Under the pieces are notes generated by a model, which worked only from the letters and a program-made list of their open reading frames with translations, was not told the origin of the DNA and made no database searches. From Phyllobates terribilis (Eukaryota): DNA of 64,000 nucleotides. The translations under genes and the position numbers were made by a program. Where the stretch lies: the NCBI RefSeq assembly GCF_046119375.1, contig NW_027362774.1:30380001-30444000 (forward strand), in the 5' to 3' direction. Of this stretch, positions 49,288-62,400 are shown in pieces (the stretch's first letter is position 1; every line of letters begins with the position of its first letter).

Positions 49288-49324
49288 TTTATTGATTTAT
49301 ATCACAAATTCTGGGACATTTATT
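49288..49324 (-). terminator. Two candidate FCSK polyadenylation signals (AATAAA x2)
   Basis: TTTATT at 49288-49293 and 49319-49324, inside a duplicated AATTCTGGGACATTTATTGATT; first minus-strand AATAAA motifs I see after the FCSK stop (50096). Confidence 0.55.
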
Positions 49325-49453
49325 GATTAGGTAAGAAAATATAGTCTACAGGACGGTGATAGAAAGACCTGAGGATGAATCAGCAGCCCCCCACCAGGGT
49401 AACGCGGCCCTTCGTCTCCCTGCAGATGGAGCCGCCTTTACCTTCATTGTCTC

Positions 49454-49459
49454 AATAAA
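49454..49459 (+). terminator. COG4 polyadenylation signal AATAAA
   Basis: First plus-strand AATAAA I see after the COG4 stop (49161). Confidence 0.65.
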
Positions 49460-49554
49460 TCTCTACAATATTCACGTGACGACTAGTCCCGTCTGTGCAT
49501 GACGCCATATTGTGCAACGAACGCAGTGATTGCAGCCGGGTGCAGGATCTCTCC

Positions 49555-50080
49555 CCCCCCGGGGACGGCACACCGCACCCCTCCCCCCCCCCCCCGGGGA
49601 CGTCACACCGCACCCCCCTCCCCCCCCCCCGGGGACGGCACACCGCACCCCTCTCCCCCCCCCCCCCCCCCCCCCCCCCGGGGACGGCACACCGCACCCC
49701 TCTCCCCCCCCCCGGGGACGGCACACCGCACCCCTCTCCCCCCCCCCCCCCCGGGGACGGCACACCGCACCCCTCTCCCCCCCCCCCCCCCCCCCCCGGG
49801 ACGGCACACCGCACCCCTCTCCCCCCCGGGGACGGCACACCGCACCCCTCTCCTCCCCCCCCCCCCCCCCGGGGATGGCACACCGCACCCCTCTCCCCCC
49901 CCCCCGGGGACGGCACACCGCACCCCTCTCCCCCCCGGGGACGGCACACCGCACCCCTCTTCCCCCCCCCGGGGACGGCACACCGCACCCCTCTCCCCCC
50001 CCCCCCCCCCCCCCGGGGACGGCACACCGCACCCCTCTCCCCCCCCCCCCCCCGGGGACGGCACACCGCACCCCTCTCCG
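49555..50080. repeat. Poly-C minisatellite in the FCSK 3' UTR
   Basis: GGGGACGGCACACCGCACCCCTCT(C)n units. Confidence 0.93.
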
Positions 50081-50095
50081 CCCAGGATGACGCGC

Positions 50096-52925
50096 TCAGA
50101 CGCCTTCATCAGGCTCCAGCTGGACCGTGAAGGTCTCTGTGTCCACTTGGACCCTGTGGACGCTGCATCGCTCCAGGCCCTAGAAAACAGAAGAGACGAT
50201 CACGGCTATAAGCAGAGGTCAGGGCTGGATTTAGGGGTGACCCCCAAAACTTGTGGCCCAGAGGTATCGCACTCCAGCAGACGGACCCCCTGCCTGCTCC
50301 CTGGTGGTCCTGCTTCGTACCTGTGTGCTCTCCAGCAAGTTCTGCAGGATGTCCCTCTGGCTGGGCCTTTTGGTCAGTACGTAGAGGAAGCCTCCTCCGC
50401 CTGCCCCTGCCAGACTTTGCCCATGCACGTGCGGCTCCAGCGTGTCCATTATCCGCCGCACTGCCAGCGGCTCACAGCCGGGGGCCATGCACTTCTTCTG
50501 GCGCCAGTATGTGGAGAGACAGTGGCCAAGCAGCTGCAGGTCCCCTGCAGACAGACAGACCCTCAAGTTATTCTGCAGCCGCTGTTCAGGAGTCATTATA
50601 AGCCGTATAATGGTCATTCCCCGTCTCACCCCTGCGGAAGGACTCTGCGCAGAGCTCAGCCGTGGTCACCAGGGCGTCCACGTTCTGCAGGATGTCAGGG
50701 AGGCGAGCGTACCAATTGCGGAGAACATCCTGAGGGGGGACACAGATCTCAGTACCTACCCGTCACTGATGCCCCCGACAGGCGGGTCACACAGACGCCG
50801 CTCGCTCACCTGCAGCAGGTTGCGGGCCAGGCGCGTCTTTCCCGTATACACGAGTAGAAGATGTTGGTTTATCGTCTCCAAAAAGCCATCAGGTACCTGG
50901 AGCCGCTCGACTGTCACATGGAGAGGAAGTTCTGGAGCCGAGCGGCCGATCTTCACTCCTGGAATCAGTCCTCCAACCTGGTCCTGCCAGCCGCCGCCTG
51001 ATACCGGGGGCACGAGGGACGGCGTTATCCTACACAAGCAATACATCCCATGGCTACACATGCACGACGGAGGACCTACCTGTGGTGAGCACCTGCTCCA
51101 GATGGAGAACCGCATGGAGAAGAGACTCTGCCTCCACCGCCCGCCCGGAGGCCTCGTACAGCACCGCCATTACTGCCCCGGCCAGGATGCTGCTCGTTCC
51201 TGCAAAATCAACACAGACCCTTAGGATGAGCATTGGGGGGGCCTGCATTCTATGAGGCCTGCTCTGCGGGGGTGGCGGCCCGATTGGTAGGCTCTGCGGG
51301 GGGCTGCATTTCTGCGCTCTGCACACCATGAGGGCGCTTCCTCACGATGTATCTTATACCCAGACGTCCTAAGAATTGCAGTGAGACATCATTGTGGAAT
51401 AGTTGTCACTTACCCAGACCGGATCCGTGGGGGAGATCAGACCACGTCTGCAGCTCAAACCCGCCACCATAGCGCACAGCGAGTTGTTCAGACAGTGACT
51501 TCTCCCCCGTCAGCTCCACTGTCCCCGAGCAGATGAATGCGGCTTTCAGTAATGCCCCTGAGGAGGCAGAGACAATATGGCGTTAAATGACGGCGAGGGC
51601 CGATGGCGGCACTGAGAAGAACGTCGCTCCTGGTCACCTGGCGCCTGAGGCTGGCAGTAATCCTGCAGATCATCAAGGCCCCCACAAGTCACCTGCAGAC
51701 GGATTTCAGCTCCCGTGGGGCCGCTCTTACTGTACAGACGCAGCAATGGCTCCGGTATCCGTCGAGCTCGCGCACCTATTGGCCTCTGACCATCCACCAG
51801 CACGGCCACATTGACCACCGCACCACCGTGCTCATATGTGATGGGAGGAGTGTCGCTCCAGCCTCCTGCCAACAAGCAGCCATGTCACAGGTGCTGAGGA
51901 CGGGGGCTTATAGCACCGAGTATGGGGGACGCTTCTGTAACTTACCAGACATATCAATGCGCGCCGGACACTCTGCAGTCACCCACCGGCCCTGAGGTGG
52001 AAGCTCCTTATCATCAATAGATATAAACATGAAGGACGACATCACCGCTCTGCGAATTAGGATCTGCTCCGCTCCTTCATAATGGCGGGCAGCGCGGATC
52101 AGCATTGCAGGCCTGCGGGGGAATCGTGAAAGGCAGGAGCGTCAGGGCCGAGCCTGGGGGCCCGTAGGGGGCATCAGGGCCGAGCCCGGGGGGGGGGGCA
52201 CAGGGGGAACGGTCCGGGGCCGGCCGAGCCCAGGGGGGGGGGGGGGGGCACAGGGGCAACGGTCAGGGCCGGCCGAGCCCAGGGGGGGGGCGCGCAGGGG
52301 CAACGGTCAGGGCCGGCCGAGCCCAAGGGGGGGGGGGGGGGGGGGGCGCGCAGGGGCAACGGTCAGGGCCGGCCGAGCCCAGGGGGGGCGCAGGGGCAAC
52401 GGTCAGGGCCTGCCGAGCCCAGGGGGGGGGGGCGCAGGGGCAACGGTCAGGGCCTGCCGAGCCCAGGGGGGGGGGGCGCAGGGGCAACGGTCAGGGCCGG
52501 CCAAGCCCAAGGGGGGGGGGGGGGGGCCAGGGGCAACGGTCAGGGCCGCCGAGCCCAGGGGGGGCGCAGGGGCAACGGTCAGGGCCTGCCGAGCCCAGGG
52601 GGGGGGGGGGGGGGGGGCAGGGGCAACGGTCAGGGCCGGCCGACAACATCTTCGTTTTTTTTTTTTTCCTTCTGAAGCCCCTGTATTTCTTGCACATTTG
52701 TAACAATATGTCACCTGTTCAGCCACCGCTCCCGCTCTTCAGCCAGCAGTTTCACACCTTGCGTCACGTTGCCTTCTTCCAGCAGCCGGTAGGCAGGAGC
52801 CCAGGCCTTGTTAGCTGCCGGCCCGCTCCTCAGTCCTCCTTCCCGGCCAGCCATACAGCCCAGGAGGTCGGCCACACATGCGAGGGCGCGGGCAGCGACC
52901 CCAGCGTCATCAGTCGTGGCGGCCA
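50096..52925 (-). CDS. FCSK: L-fucose kinase, 3' part only (last 9 exons; upstream exons lie beyond the gap/satellite or outside the window)
   Basis: GT-AG exons: 52925-52715, 52112-51946, 51865-51638, 51557-51414, 51199-51080, 50997-50810, 50729-50630, 50544-50321, 50179-50096. GHMP-kinase motifs [44 protein letters not shown] and [12 protein letters not shown]; synteny with COG4/SF3B3 as in human. Confidence 0.96.
52150..52645. repeat. Poly-G minisatellite (FCSK intron)
   Basis: GGGGCAACGGTCAGGGCCGGCCGAGCCCA(G)n units. Confidence 0.93.
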
Positions 52926-53002
52926 CTGTGCAGTAATAAGAAATCTGATTATTCTAAGGGGCCTGGTACGCAGCTACACCCGGCGCCCGGCGCAGCTACA
53001 CC

Positions 53003-53322
53003 CAGGGCTGTGGAGTCGGAGTCGGAATCGAAGTCGGTATAAAATGGACCAACTCTGACTCCTTAAATCTATAATAAATTGGGTGCAGTCGTTCAATGCA
53101 GTTTGGGGGGAATATTTTTTAATAAGAATTTGGGAAAGTTCTGAACTGTCCTATAAATGTCCGTCCTATTCCTGATCTCAGGTCTGGACTTTACTGAGAT
53201 GAATCTGTGCTGCAGTAAATTTATCACTTACACATCAGCCGTGTATGAGGGAGCCGGAGTCGTGGAGTTGGTGTGATGGAAATTGAGGAGTCGAAGGTTG
53301 GCTCACCGACTCCACAGCCCTG
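53003..53322. mobile_element. hAT-type MITE, 320 bp
   Basis: 17-bp perfect TIRs CAGGGCTGTGGAGTCGG / CCGACTCCACAGCCCTG; 8-bp flanks GCTACACC / GTTTCACC (6/8 match, decayed TSD); subterminal GGAGTCGG repeats. Confidence 0.8.
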
Positions 53323-53333
53323 GTTTCACCCAG

Positions 53334-53433
53334 NNNNNNNNNNNNNNNNNNNNNNNNNNNNNNNNNNNNNNNNNNNNNNNNNNNNNNNNNNNNNNNNNNN
53401 NNNNNNNNNNNNNNNNNNNNNNNNNNNNNNNNN
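53334..53433. other. Assembly gap (100 N)
   Basis: N run. Confidence 1.
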
Positions 53434-56400
53434 CGTGTATCTAATCCTCTCCTGTGTGATACGGTCTGCTGAGCCGTGTATCTAATCCTCTCCTGTGTGA
53501 TACTGTCTGCTGAGCCGTGTATCTAATCCTCTCCTGTGTGATACTGACTGCTGAGCCGTGTATCTAATCCTCTCCTGTGTGATACTGTCTGCTGAGCCGT
53601 GTATCTAATCCTCTCCTGTGTGATACTGTCTGCTGAGCCGTGTATCTAATCCTATCCTGTGTGATACTGTCTGCTGAGCCGTGTATCTAATCCTCTCCTG
53701 TGTGATACTGTCTGCTGAGCCGTGTATCTAATTCTCTGCTGTGTGATACTGTCTGCTGAGCCGTGTATCTAAGCCTATCCTGTGTGATGCTGTCTGCTGA
53801 GCCGTGTATCTAATCCTCTCCTGTGTGATACTGTCTGCTGAGCTGTGTATCTAATCCTCTCCTGTGTGATACTGTCTGCTGAGCTGTGTATCTAATCCTA
53901 TCCTGTGTGATACTGTCTGCTGAGCCGTGTATCTAATCCTCTCCTGTGTGATACTGTCTGCTGAGCCATGTATCTAATCCTATCCTGTGTGATACTGTCT
54001 GCTGAGCCGTGTATCTAATCCTCTCCTGTGTGATACGGTCTGCTGAGCCGTGTATCTAATCCTATCCTGTGTGATGCTGTGTGCTGAGCCGTGTATCTAA
54101 TCCTCTCCTGTATGATACCGTCTGCTGAGCCGTGTATCTAATCCTCTCCTGTGTGATACTGTCTGCTGAGCCATGTATCTAATCCTATCCTGTGTGATGC
54201 TGTCTGCTGAGCCATGTATCTAATCCTATCCTGTGTGATACTGTCTGCTGAGCCGTGTATCTAATCCTCTCCTGTGTGATACGGTCTGCTGAGCCGTGTA
54301 TCTAATCCTATCCTGTGTGATGCTGTGTGCTGAGCCGTGTATCTAATCCTCTCCTGTATGATACCGTCTGCTGAGCCGTGTATCTAATCCTCTCCTGTGT
54401 GATACTGTCTGCTGAGCCATGTATCTAATCCTATCCTGTGTGATACTGTCTGCTGAGCCGTGTATCTAATCCTATCCTGTGTGATACTGTCTGCTGAGCC
54501 GTGTATCTAATCCTCTCCTGTGTGATACTGTCTGCTGAGCCGTGTATCTAATCCTCTCCTGTGTGATACTGTCTGCTGAGCCGTGTATCTAATCCTATCC
54601 TGTGTGATACTGTCTGCTGAGCCATGTATCTAATCCTATCCTGTGTGATACTGTCTGCTGAGCCGTGTATCTAATCCTCTCCTGTGTGATACTGTCTGCT
54701 GAGCCGTGTATCTAATCCTCTCCTGTGTGATACTGTCTGCTGAGCCGTGTATCTAATCCTCTCCTGTGTGATACTGTCTGCTGAGCCGTGTATCTAATCC
54801 TCTTCTGTGTGATACTGTCTGCTGAGCCGTGTATCTAATCCTCTCCTGTGTGATACTGTCTGCTGAGCCGTGTATCTAATCCTCTCCTGTGTGATACGGT
54901 CTGCTGAGCCGTGTATCTAATCCTCTCCTGTGTGATACTGTCTGCTGAGCCGTGTATCTAATCCTCTCCTGTGTGATACTGTCTGCTGAGCCGTGTATCT
55001 AATCCTCTCCTGTGTGATACTGTCTGCTGAGCCGTGTATCTAATCCTCTCCTGTGTGATACTGTCTGCTGAGCCATGTATCTAATCCTATCCTGTGTGAT
55101 ACTGTCTGCTGAGCCGTGTATCTAATCCTCTCCTGTGTGATACTGTCTGCTGAGCCGTGTATCTAATCCTATCCTGTGTGATACTGTCTGCTGAGCCGTG
55201 TATCTAATCCTCTCCTGTGTGATACTGTCTGCTGAGCCATGTATCTAATCCTATCCTGTGTGATACTGTCTGCTGAGCCATGTATCTAATCCTCTCCTGT
55301 GTGATACTGTCTGCTGAGACATGTATCTAATCCTATCCTGTGTGATACTGTCTGCTGAGCCGTGTATCTAATCCTATCCTGTGTGATGCTGTCTGCTGAG
55401 CCGTGTATCTAATCCTATCCTGTGTGATGCTGTCTGCTGAGCCGTGTATCTAATCCTCTCCTGTGTGATACTGTCTGCTGAGCTGTGTATCTAATCCTCT
55501 CCTGTGTGATACTGTCTGCTGAGCCGTGTATCTAATCCTCTCCTGTGTGATGCTGTGTGCTGAGCCGTGTATCTAATCCTATCCTGTGTGATGCTGTCTG
55601 CTGAGCCGTGTATCTAATCCTATCCTGTGTGATACTGTCTGCTGAGCCGTGTATCTAATTCTCTCCTGTGTGATACTGTCTGCTGAGCCGTGTATCTAAT
55701 CCTATCCTGTGTGATACTGCCTGCTGAGCCGTGTATCTAATCCTATCCTGTGTGATACTGTTTGCTGAGCTGTGTATCTGATCCTGTCCTGTGTGATACT
55801 GTCTGCTGAGCCGTGTATCTAATCCTCTCCTGTGTGATACGGTCTGCTGAGCCGTGTATCTAATCCTCTCCTGTGTGATACTGTCTGCTGAGCCGTGTAT
55901 CTAATCCTCAACTGTGTGATACTGTCTGATGAGCCGTGTATCTAATCCTCTCCTGTGTGATACTGTCTGCTGAGCCGTGTATCTAATACTCTCCTGTGTG
56001 ATACTGTCTGCTGAGCCGTGTATCTAATCCTATCCTGTGTGATACTGTCTGCTGCCCCTTGTATCTAATCCTCTCCTGTGTGATACTGTCTGCTGAGCCG
56101 TGTATCTAATCCTCTACTGTGTGATACTGTCTGCTGAGCCGTGTATCTAATCCTCTCCTGTGTGATACTGACTGCTAAGCAATGTATCTAATCCTATCCT
56201 GTGTGATACTGTCTGCTGCCCCTTGTATCTAATCCTCTCCTGTGTGATACTGTCTGCTGAGCCGTGTATCTAATCCTCTCCTGTGTGATACTGTCTGCTG
56301 AGCCGCGTATCTAATCCTATCCTGTGTGATACTGTCTGCTGAGCTGTGTATCTAATCTTATCCTGTGTGATACAGTCTGCTGAGCCGTGTATCTAATCCT

Positions 56401-59400
56401 ATCCTGTGTGATACTGTCTGCTGAGCCGTGTATCTAATCCTATCCTGTGTGATACTGTCTGCTGAGCCGTGTATCTAATCCTCTCCTGTGTGATACCGTC
56501 TGCTGAGCCATGTATCTAATCCTCTCCTGTGTGATACTGTCTGCTGAGCCGTGTATCTAATCCTATCCTGTGTGATACTGTCTGCTGAGCCGTGTATCTA
56601 ATCCTCTCCTGTGTGATACTGTCTGCTGAGCCGTGTATCTAATCCACTCCTGTGTGATACTGTCTGCTGAGCCATATATCTAATCCTCTCCTGTGTGATA
56701 CTGTCTGCTGAGCCGTGTATCTAATCCTATCCTGTGTGATACTGTCTGCTGAGCCGTGTATCTAATCCTGTCCTGTGTGATACTGTCTGCTGAGCCGTGT
56801 ATCTAATCCACTCCTGTGTGATACTGTCGGCTGAGCCGTGTATCTAATCCACTCCTGTGTGATACTGTCTGCTGAGCCGTGTATCTAATCCACACCTGTG
56901 TGATACTGTCTGCTGAGCCGTGTATCTAATCCTCTCCTGTGTGATACTGTCTGCTGAGCCGTGTATCTAATCCTCTCCTGTGTGATACTGTCTGCCGTGT
57001 ATCTAATCCTCTCCTGTGTGACACTGCCTGCTGAGCTGTGTATCTAATCCTATCCTGTGTCATACTGTCTGCTGAGCCGTGTATCTAATCCTGTCCCGTG
57101 TGATACTGTCTGCTGAGCCGTGTATCTAATCCTCTCCTGTGTGATACTGTCTTCTGAGCCGTGTATCTAATCCTCTCCTGTGTGATACTGTCTGCCGTGT
57201 ATCTAATCCTCTCCTGTGTGATACTGCCTGCTGAGCTGTGTATCTAATCCTATCCTGTGTCATACTGTCTGCTGAGCCGTGTATCTAATCCTGTCCCGTG
57301 TGATACTGTCTGCTGAGCCGTGTATCTAATCCTCTCCTGTGTGATACTGTCTTCTGAGCCGTGTATCTAATCCTCTCCTGTGTGATACTGTCTGCTGAGC
57401 CGTGTATCTAATCCTATCCTGTGTGATACTGTCTGCTGAGCTGTGTATCTAATCCTATCCTGTGTGATACTGTCTGCTAAGCCGTGTATCTAATCCTCTC
57501 CTGTGTGATACTGTCTGCTGAGCCGTGTATCTAATCCACTCCTGTGTGATACTGTCTGCTGAGCCATGTATCTAATCCACTCCTGTGTGATACTGTCTGC
57601 TGAGCCGTGTATCTAATCCACTCCTGTGTGATACTGTCTGCTGAGTCGTGTATCTAATCCTCTCCTGTGTGATACTGTCTGCTGAGCCGTGTATCTAATC
57701 CTCTCCTGTGTGATACTGTCTGCTGAGCCGTGTATCTAATCCTCTCCTGTGTGATACTGTCTGCTGAGCTGTGTATCTAATCCACTCCTGTGTGATACTG
57801 TCTGCTGAGCCGTGTATCTAATCCTATCCTGTGTGATACTGTCTGCTGAGCCGTGTATCTAATCCTCTCCTGTGTGATACTGTCTGCTGAGCCGTGTATC
57901 TAATCCTCTCCTGTGTGATACTGTCTGCTGAGCCGTGTATCTAATCCTCTCCTGTGTGATACTGTCTGCTGAGCTGTGTATCTAATCCACTCCTGTGTGA
58001 TACTGTCTGCTGAGCCGTGTATCTATTCCTGTCCTGTGTGATACTGTCTGCTGAGCCGTGTATCTAATCCTATCCTGTGTGATACTGTCTTCGGAGCTGT
58101 GTATCTAATCCTGTCCTGTGTGATACTGTCTGCTGAGCTTGTATCTAATCCTGTCCTGTGATACTGTGTGCTGAGCCGTGTATCTAATCCTGTCCTGTGT
58201 GATACTGTCTGCTGAGCCGTGTATCTAATCCTGTCCTGTGTGATACTGTCTGCTGAGCCGTGTATCTAATCCTGTCCTGTGTGATACTGTCTGCTGAGCC
58301 GTGTATCTAATCCTATCCTGTGTGATACTGTCTGCTGAGCTGTGTATCTAATCCTGTCCTGTGTGATACTGTCTGCTGAGCCGTGTATCTAATCCTCTCC
58401 TTGTGATACTGTCTGCTGAGCCGTGTATATAATCCTCTCCTGTGTGATACTGTCTGCTGAGCCGTGTATCTAATCCTCTCCTGTGTGATACTGTCTGCTG
58501 AGCCATGTATCTAATCCTATCCTGTGTGATACTGTCTGCTGAGCTGTGTATCTAATCCTCTCCTGTGTGATACTGTCTGCTGAGCCATGTATCTAATCCT
58601 CTCCTGTGTGATACTGTCTGCTGAGCCGTGTATCTAATCCTCTCCTGTGTGATACTGTCTGCTGAGCCATGTATCTAATCCTATCCTGTGTGATACTGTC
58701 TGCTGAGCTGTGTATCTAATCCTCTCCTGTGTGATACTGTCTGCTGAGCCATGTATCTAATCCTCTCCTGTGTGATACTGTCTGCTGAGCCGTGTATCTA
58801 ATCCTCTCCTGTGTGATACTGTCTGCTGAGCCATGTATCTAATCCTCTCCTGTGTGATACTGTCTGCTGAGCCGTGTATCTAATCCTCTCCTGTGTGATA
58901 CTGTCGGCTGAGCCATGTATCTAATCCTATCCTGTGTGATACTGTCTGCTGAGCCGTGTATCTAATCCCATCCTGTGTGATACTGTCTGCTGAGCCTGTA
59001 TCTAATCCTCTCCTGTGTGATACAGTCTGTTGAGCCGTGTATCTAATCCTATCCTGTGTGATACTCTTGGCGGAGCCGTGTATCTAATCCTATCCTGTGT
59101 GATACTGTCTGCGGAGCCGTGTATCTAATCCTATCCTGTGTGATACTGTCTGCTGAGCCGTGTATCTAATCCTCTCCTGTGTGATACTGTCTGCCGTGTA
59201 TCTAATCCTCTCCTGTGTGATACTGTCTGTCGTGTATCTAATCCTCTCCTGTGTGATACTGTCTGCCGTGTATCTAATCCTCTCCTGTGTGATACTGTCT
59301 GCCGTGTATCTAATCCTCTCCTGTGTGATACTGTCTGCCGTGTATCTAATCCTCTCCTGTGTGATACTGTCTGCTGAGCCGTGTATCTAATCCTCTCCTG

Positions 59401-62400
59401 TGTGATACTGTCTGCCGTGTATCTAATCCTCTCCTGTGTGATACTGTATAGTGAGCCGTGTATCTAATCCTATCCTGTGTGATACTGTCTGCTGAGCCGT
59501 GTATCTAATCCTCTCCTGTGTGATACTGTCTGCCGTGTATCTAATCCTCTCCTGTGTGATACTGTCTGCTGAGCCGTGTATCTAATCCTGTCCTGTGTGA
59601 TACTGTATAGTGAGCCGTGTATCTAATCCTATCCTGTGTGATACAGTCTGCTGAGCCGTGTATCTAATCCTCTCCTGTGTGATACTGTCTGCTGAGCCGT
59701 GTATCTAATCCTCTCCTGTGTGATACTGTCTGCTGAGCCGTGTATCTAATCCTCTCCTGTGTGATACTGCCTGCAGAGCCGTGTATCTAATCCTCTCCTG
59801 TGTGATACTGACTGCTGAGCCATGTATCTTATCCTCTCCTGTGTGATACTGTCTGCTGAGCCGTGTATCTAATCCTGTCCTGTGTGATACTGTCTGCTGA
59901 GCCGTGTATCTAATCCTGTCCTGTGTGATACTGCCTGCTGAGCCGTGTATCTAATCCTCTCCCGTGTGATACTGTCTGCTGAGCCATGTATCTAATCCTA
60001 TCCTGTGTGATACTGTCTGCTGAGCTGTGTATCTAATCCCATCCTGTGTGATACTGTCTGCTGAGCCTGTATCTAATCCTCTCCTGTGTGATACAGTCTG
60101 TTGAGCCGTGTATCTAATCCTATCCTGTGTGATACTCTTGGCGGAGCCGTGTATCTAATCCTATCCTGTGTGATACTGTCTGCGGAGCCGTGTATCTAAT
60201 CCTATCCTGTGTGATACTGTCTGCTGAGCCGTGTATCTAATCCTCTCCTGTGTGATACTGTCTGCCGTGTATCTAATCCTCTCCTGTGTGATACTGTCTG
60301 TCGTGTATCTAATCCTCTCCTGTGTGATACTGTCTGCCGTGTATCTAATCCTCTCCTGTGTGATACTGTCTGCCGTGTATCTAATCCTCTCCTGTGTGAT
60401 ACTGTCTGCCGTGTATCTAATCCTCTCCTGTGTGATACTGTCTGCTGAGCCGTGTATCTAATCCTCTCCTGTGTGATACTGTCTGCCGTGTATCTAATCC
60501 TCTCCTGTGTGATACTGTCTGTCGTGTATCTAATCCTCTCCTGTGTGATACTGTCTGCCGTGTATCTAATCCTCTCCTGTGTGATACTGTCTGCTGAGCC
60601 GTGTATCTAATCCTCTCCTGTGTGATACTGTCTGCCGTGTATCTAATCCTCTCCTGTGTGATACTGTATAGTGAGCCGTGTATCTAATCCTATCCTGTGT
60701 GATACAGTCTGCTGAGCCGTGTATCTAATCCTCTCCTGTGTGATACTGTCTGCCGTGTATCTAATCCTCTCCTGTGTGATACTGTCTGCTGAGCTGTGTA
60801 TCTAATCCTCTCCTGTGTGATACTGTATAGTGAGCCGTGTATCTAATCCTATCCTGTGTGATACAGTCTGCTGAGCCGTGTATCTAATCCTCTCCTGTGT
60901 GATACTGTCTGCTGAGCCGTGTATCTAATCCTCTCCTGTGTGATACTGTCTGCTGAGCCGTGTATCTAATCCTCTCCTGTGTGATACTGCCTGCAGAGCC
61001 GTGTATCTAATCCTCTCCTGTGTGATACTGACTGCTGAGCCATGTATCTAATCCTCTCCTGTGTGATACTGTCTGCTGAGCCGTGTATCTAATCCTCTCC
61101 TGTGTGATACTGTCTGCTGAGCCGTGTATCTAATCCTGTCCTGTGTGATACTGTCTGCTGAGCCGTGTATCTAATCCTGTCCTGTGTGATACTGCCTGCT
61201 GAGCCATGTATCTAATCCTCTCCTGTGTGATACTGTCTGCTGAGCCATGTATCTAATCCCATCCTGTGTGATACTGTCTGCGGAGCCGTGTATCTAATCC
61301 TATCCTCTGTGATACTGTCTGCTGAGCCGTGTATCTAATCCTGTCCTGTGTGATACTGTCTGCTGAACCGTGTATCTAATCCTCTCCTGTGTGATACTGT
61401 CTGCCGTGTATCTAATCCTCTCCTGTGTGATACTGTCTGCTGAGCCGTGTATCTAATCCTATCCTTTGTGATACTGTCTGCCGTGTATCTAATCCTCTCC
61501 TGTGTGATACTGTCTGCTGAGCCGTGTATCTAATCCTCTCCTTGTGATACTGTCTGCTGAGCCGTGTATCTAATCCTATCCTGTGTGATACTGTGTTCGG
61601 AGCTGTGTATCTAATCCTGTCCTGTGTGATACTGTCTGCTGAGCCGTGTATCTAATCCTCTCCTGTGTGATACTGTCTGCTGAGCCGTGTATCTAATCCT
61701 ATCCTGTGTGATACTGTCTGCTGAGCCGTGTATCTAATCCTCTCCTGTGTGATGCTGTGTGCTGAGCCGTGTATCTAATCCTATCCTGTGTGATGCTGTC
61801 TGCTGAGCCGTGTATCTAATCCTATCCTGTGTGATACTGTCTGCTGAGCCGTGTATCTAATCCTCTCCTGTGTGATACTGTCTGCTGAGCCGTGTATCTA
61901 ATCCTCTCCTGTGTGATGCTGTGTGCTGAGCCGTGTATCTAAGCCTATCCTGTGTGATGCTGTCTGCTGAGCCGTGTATCTAATCCTCTCCTGTGTGATA
62001 CTGTCTGCTGAGCCGTGTATCTAATCCTTTCCTGTGTGATGCTGTCTGCTGAGCCGTGTATCTAATCCTCTCCTGTGTGATGCTGTGTGCTGAGCCGTGT
62101 ATCTAATCCTATCCTGTGTGATGCTGTCTGCTGAGCCGTGTATCTAATCCTCTCCTGTGTGATACTGTCTGCTGAGCCGTGTATCTAATCCTCTCCTGTG
62201 TGATACTGTCTGCTGAGCCGTGTATCTAAGCCTATCCTGTGTGATGCTGTCTGCTGAGCCGTGTATCTAATCCTCTCCTGTGTGATACTGTCTGCTGAGC
62301 CGTGTATCTAATTCTCTCCTGTGTGATACTGTCTGCTGAGCCGTGTATCTAATCCTATCCTGTGTGATACTGTCTGCTGAGCTGTGTATCTAATTCTCTC

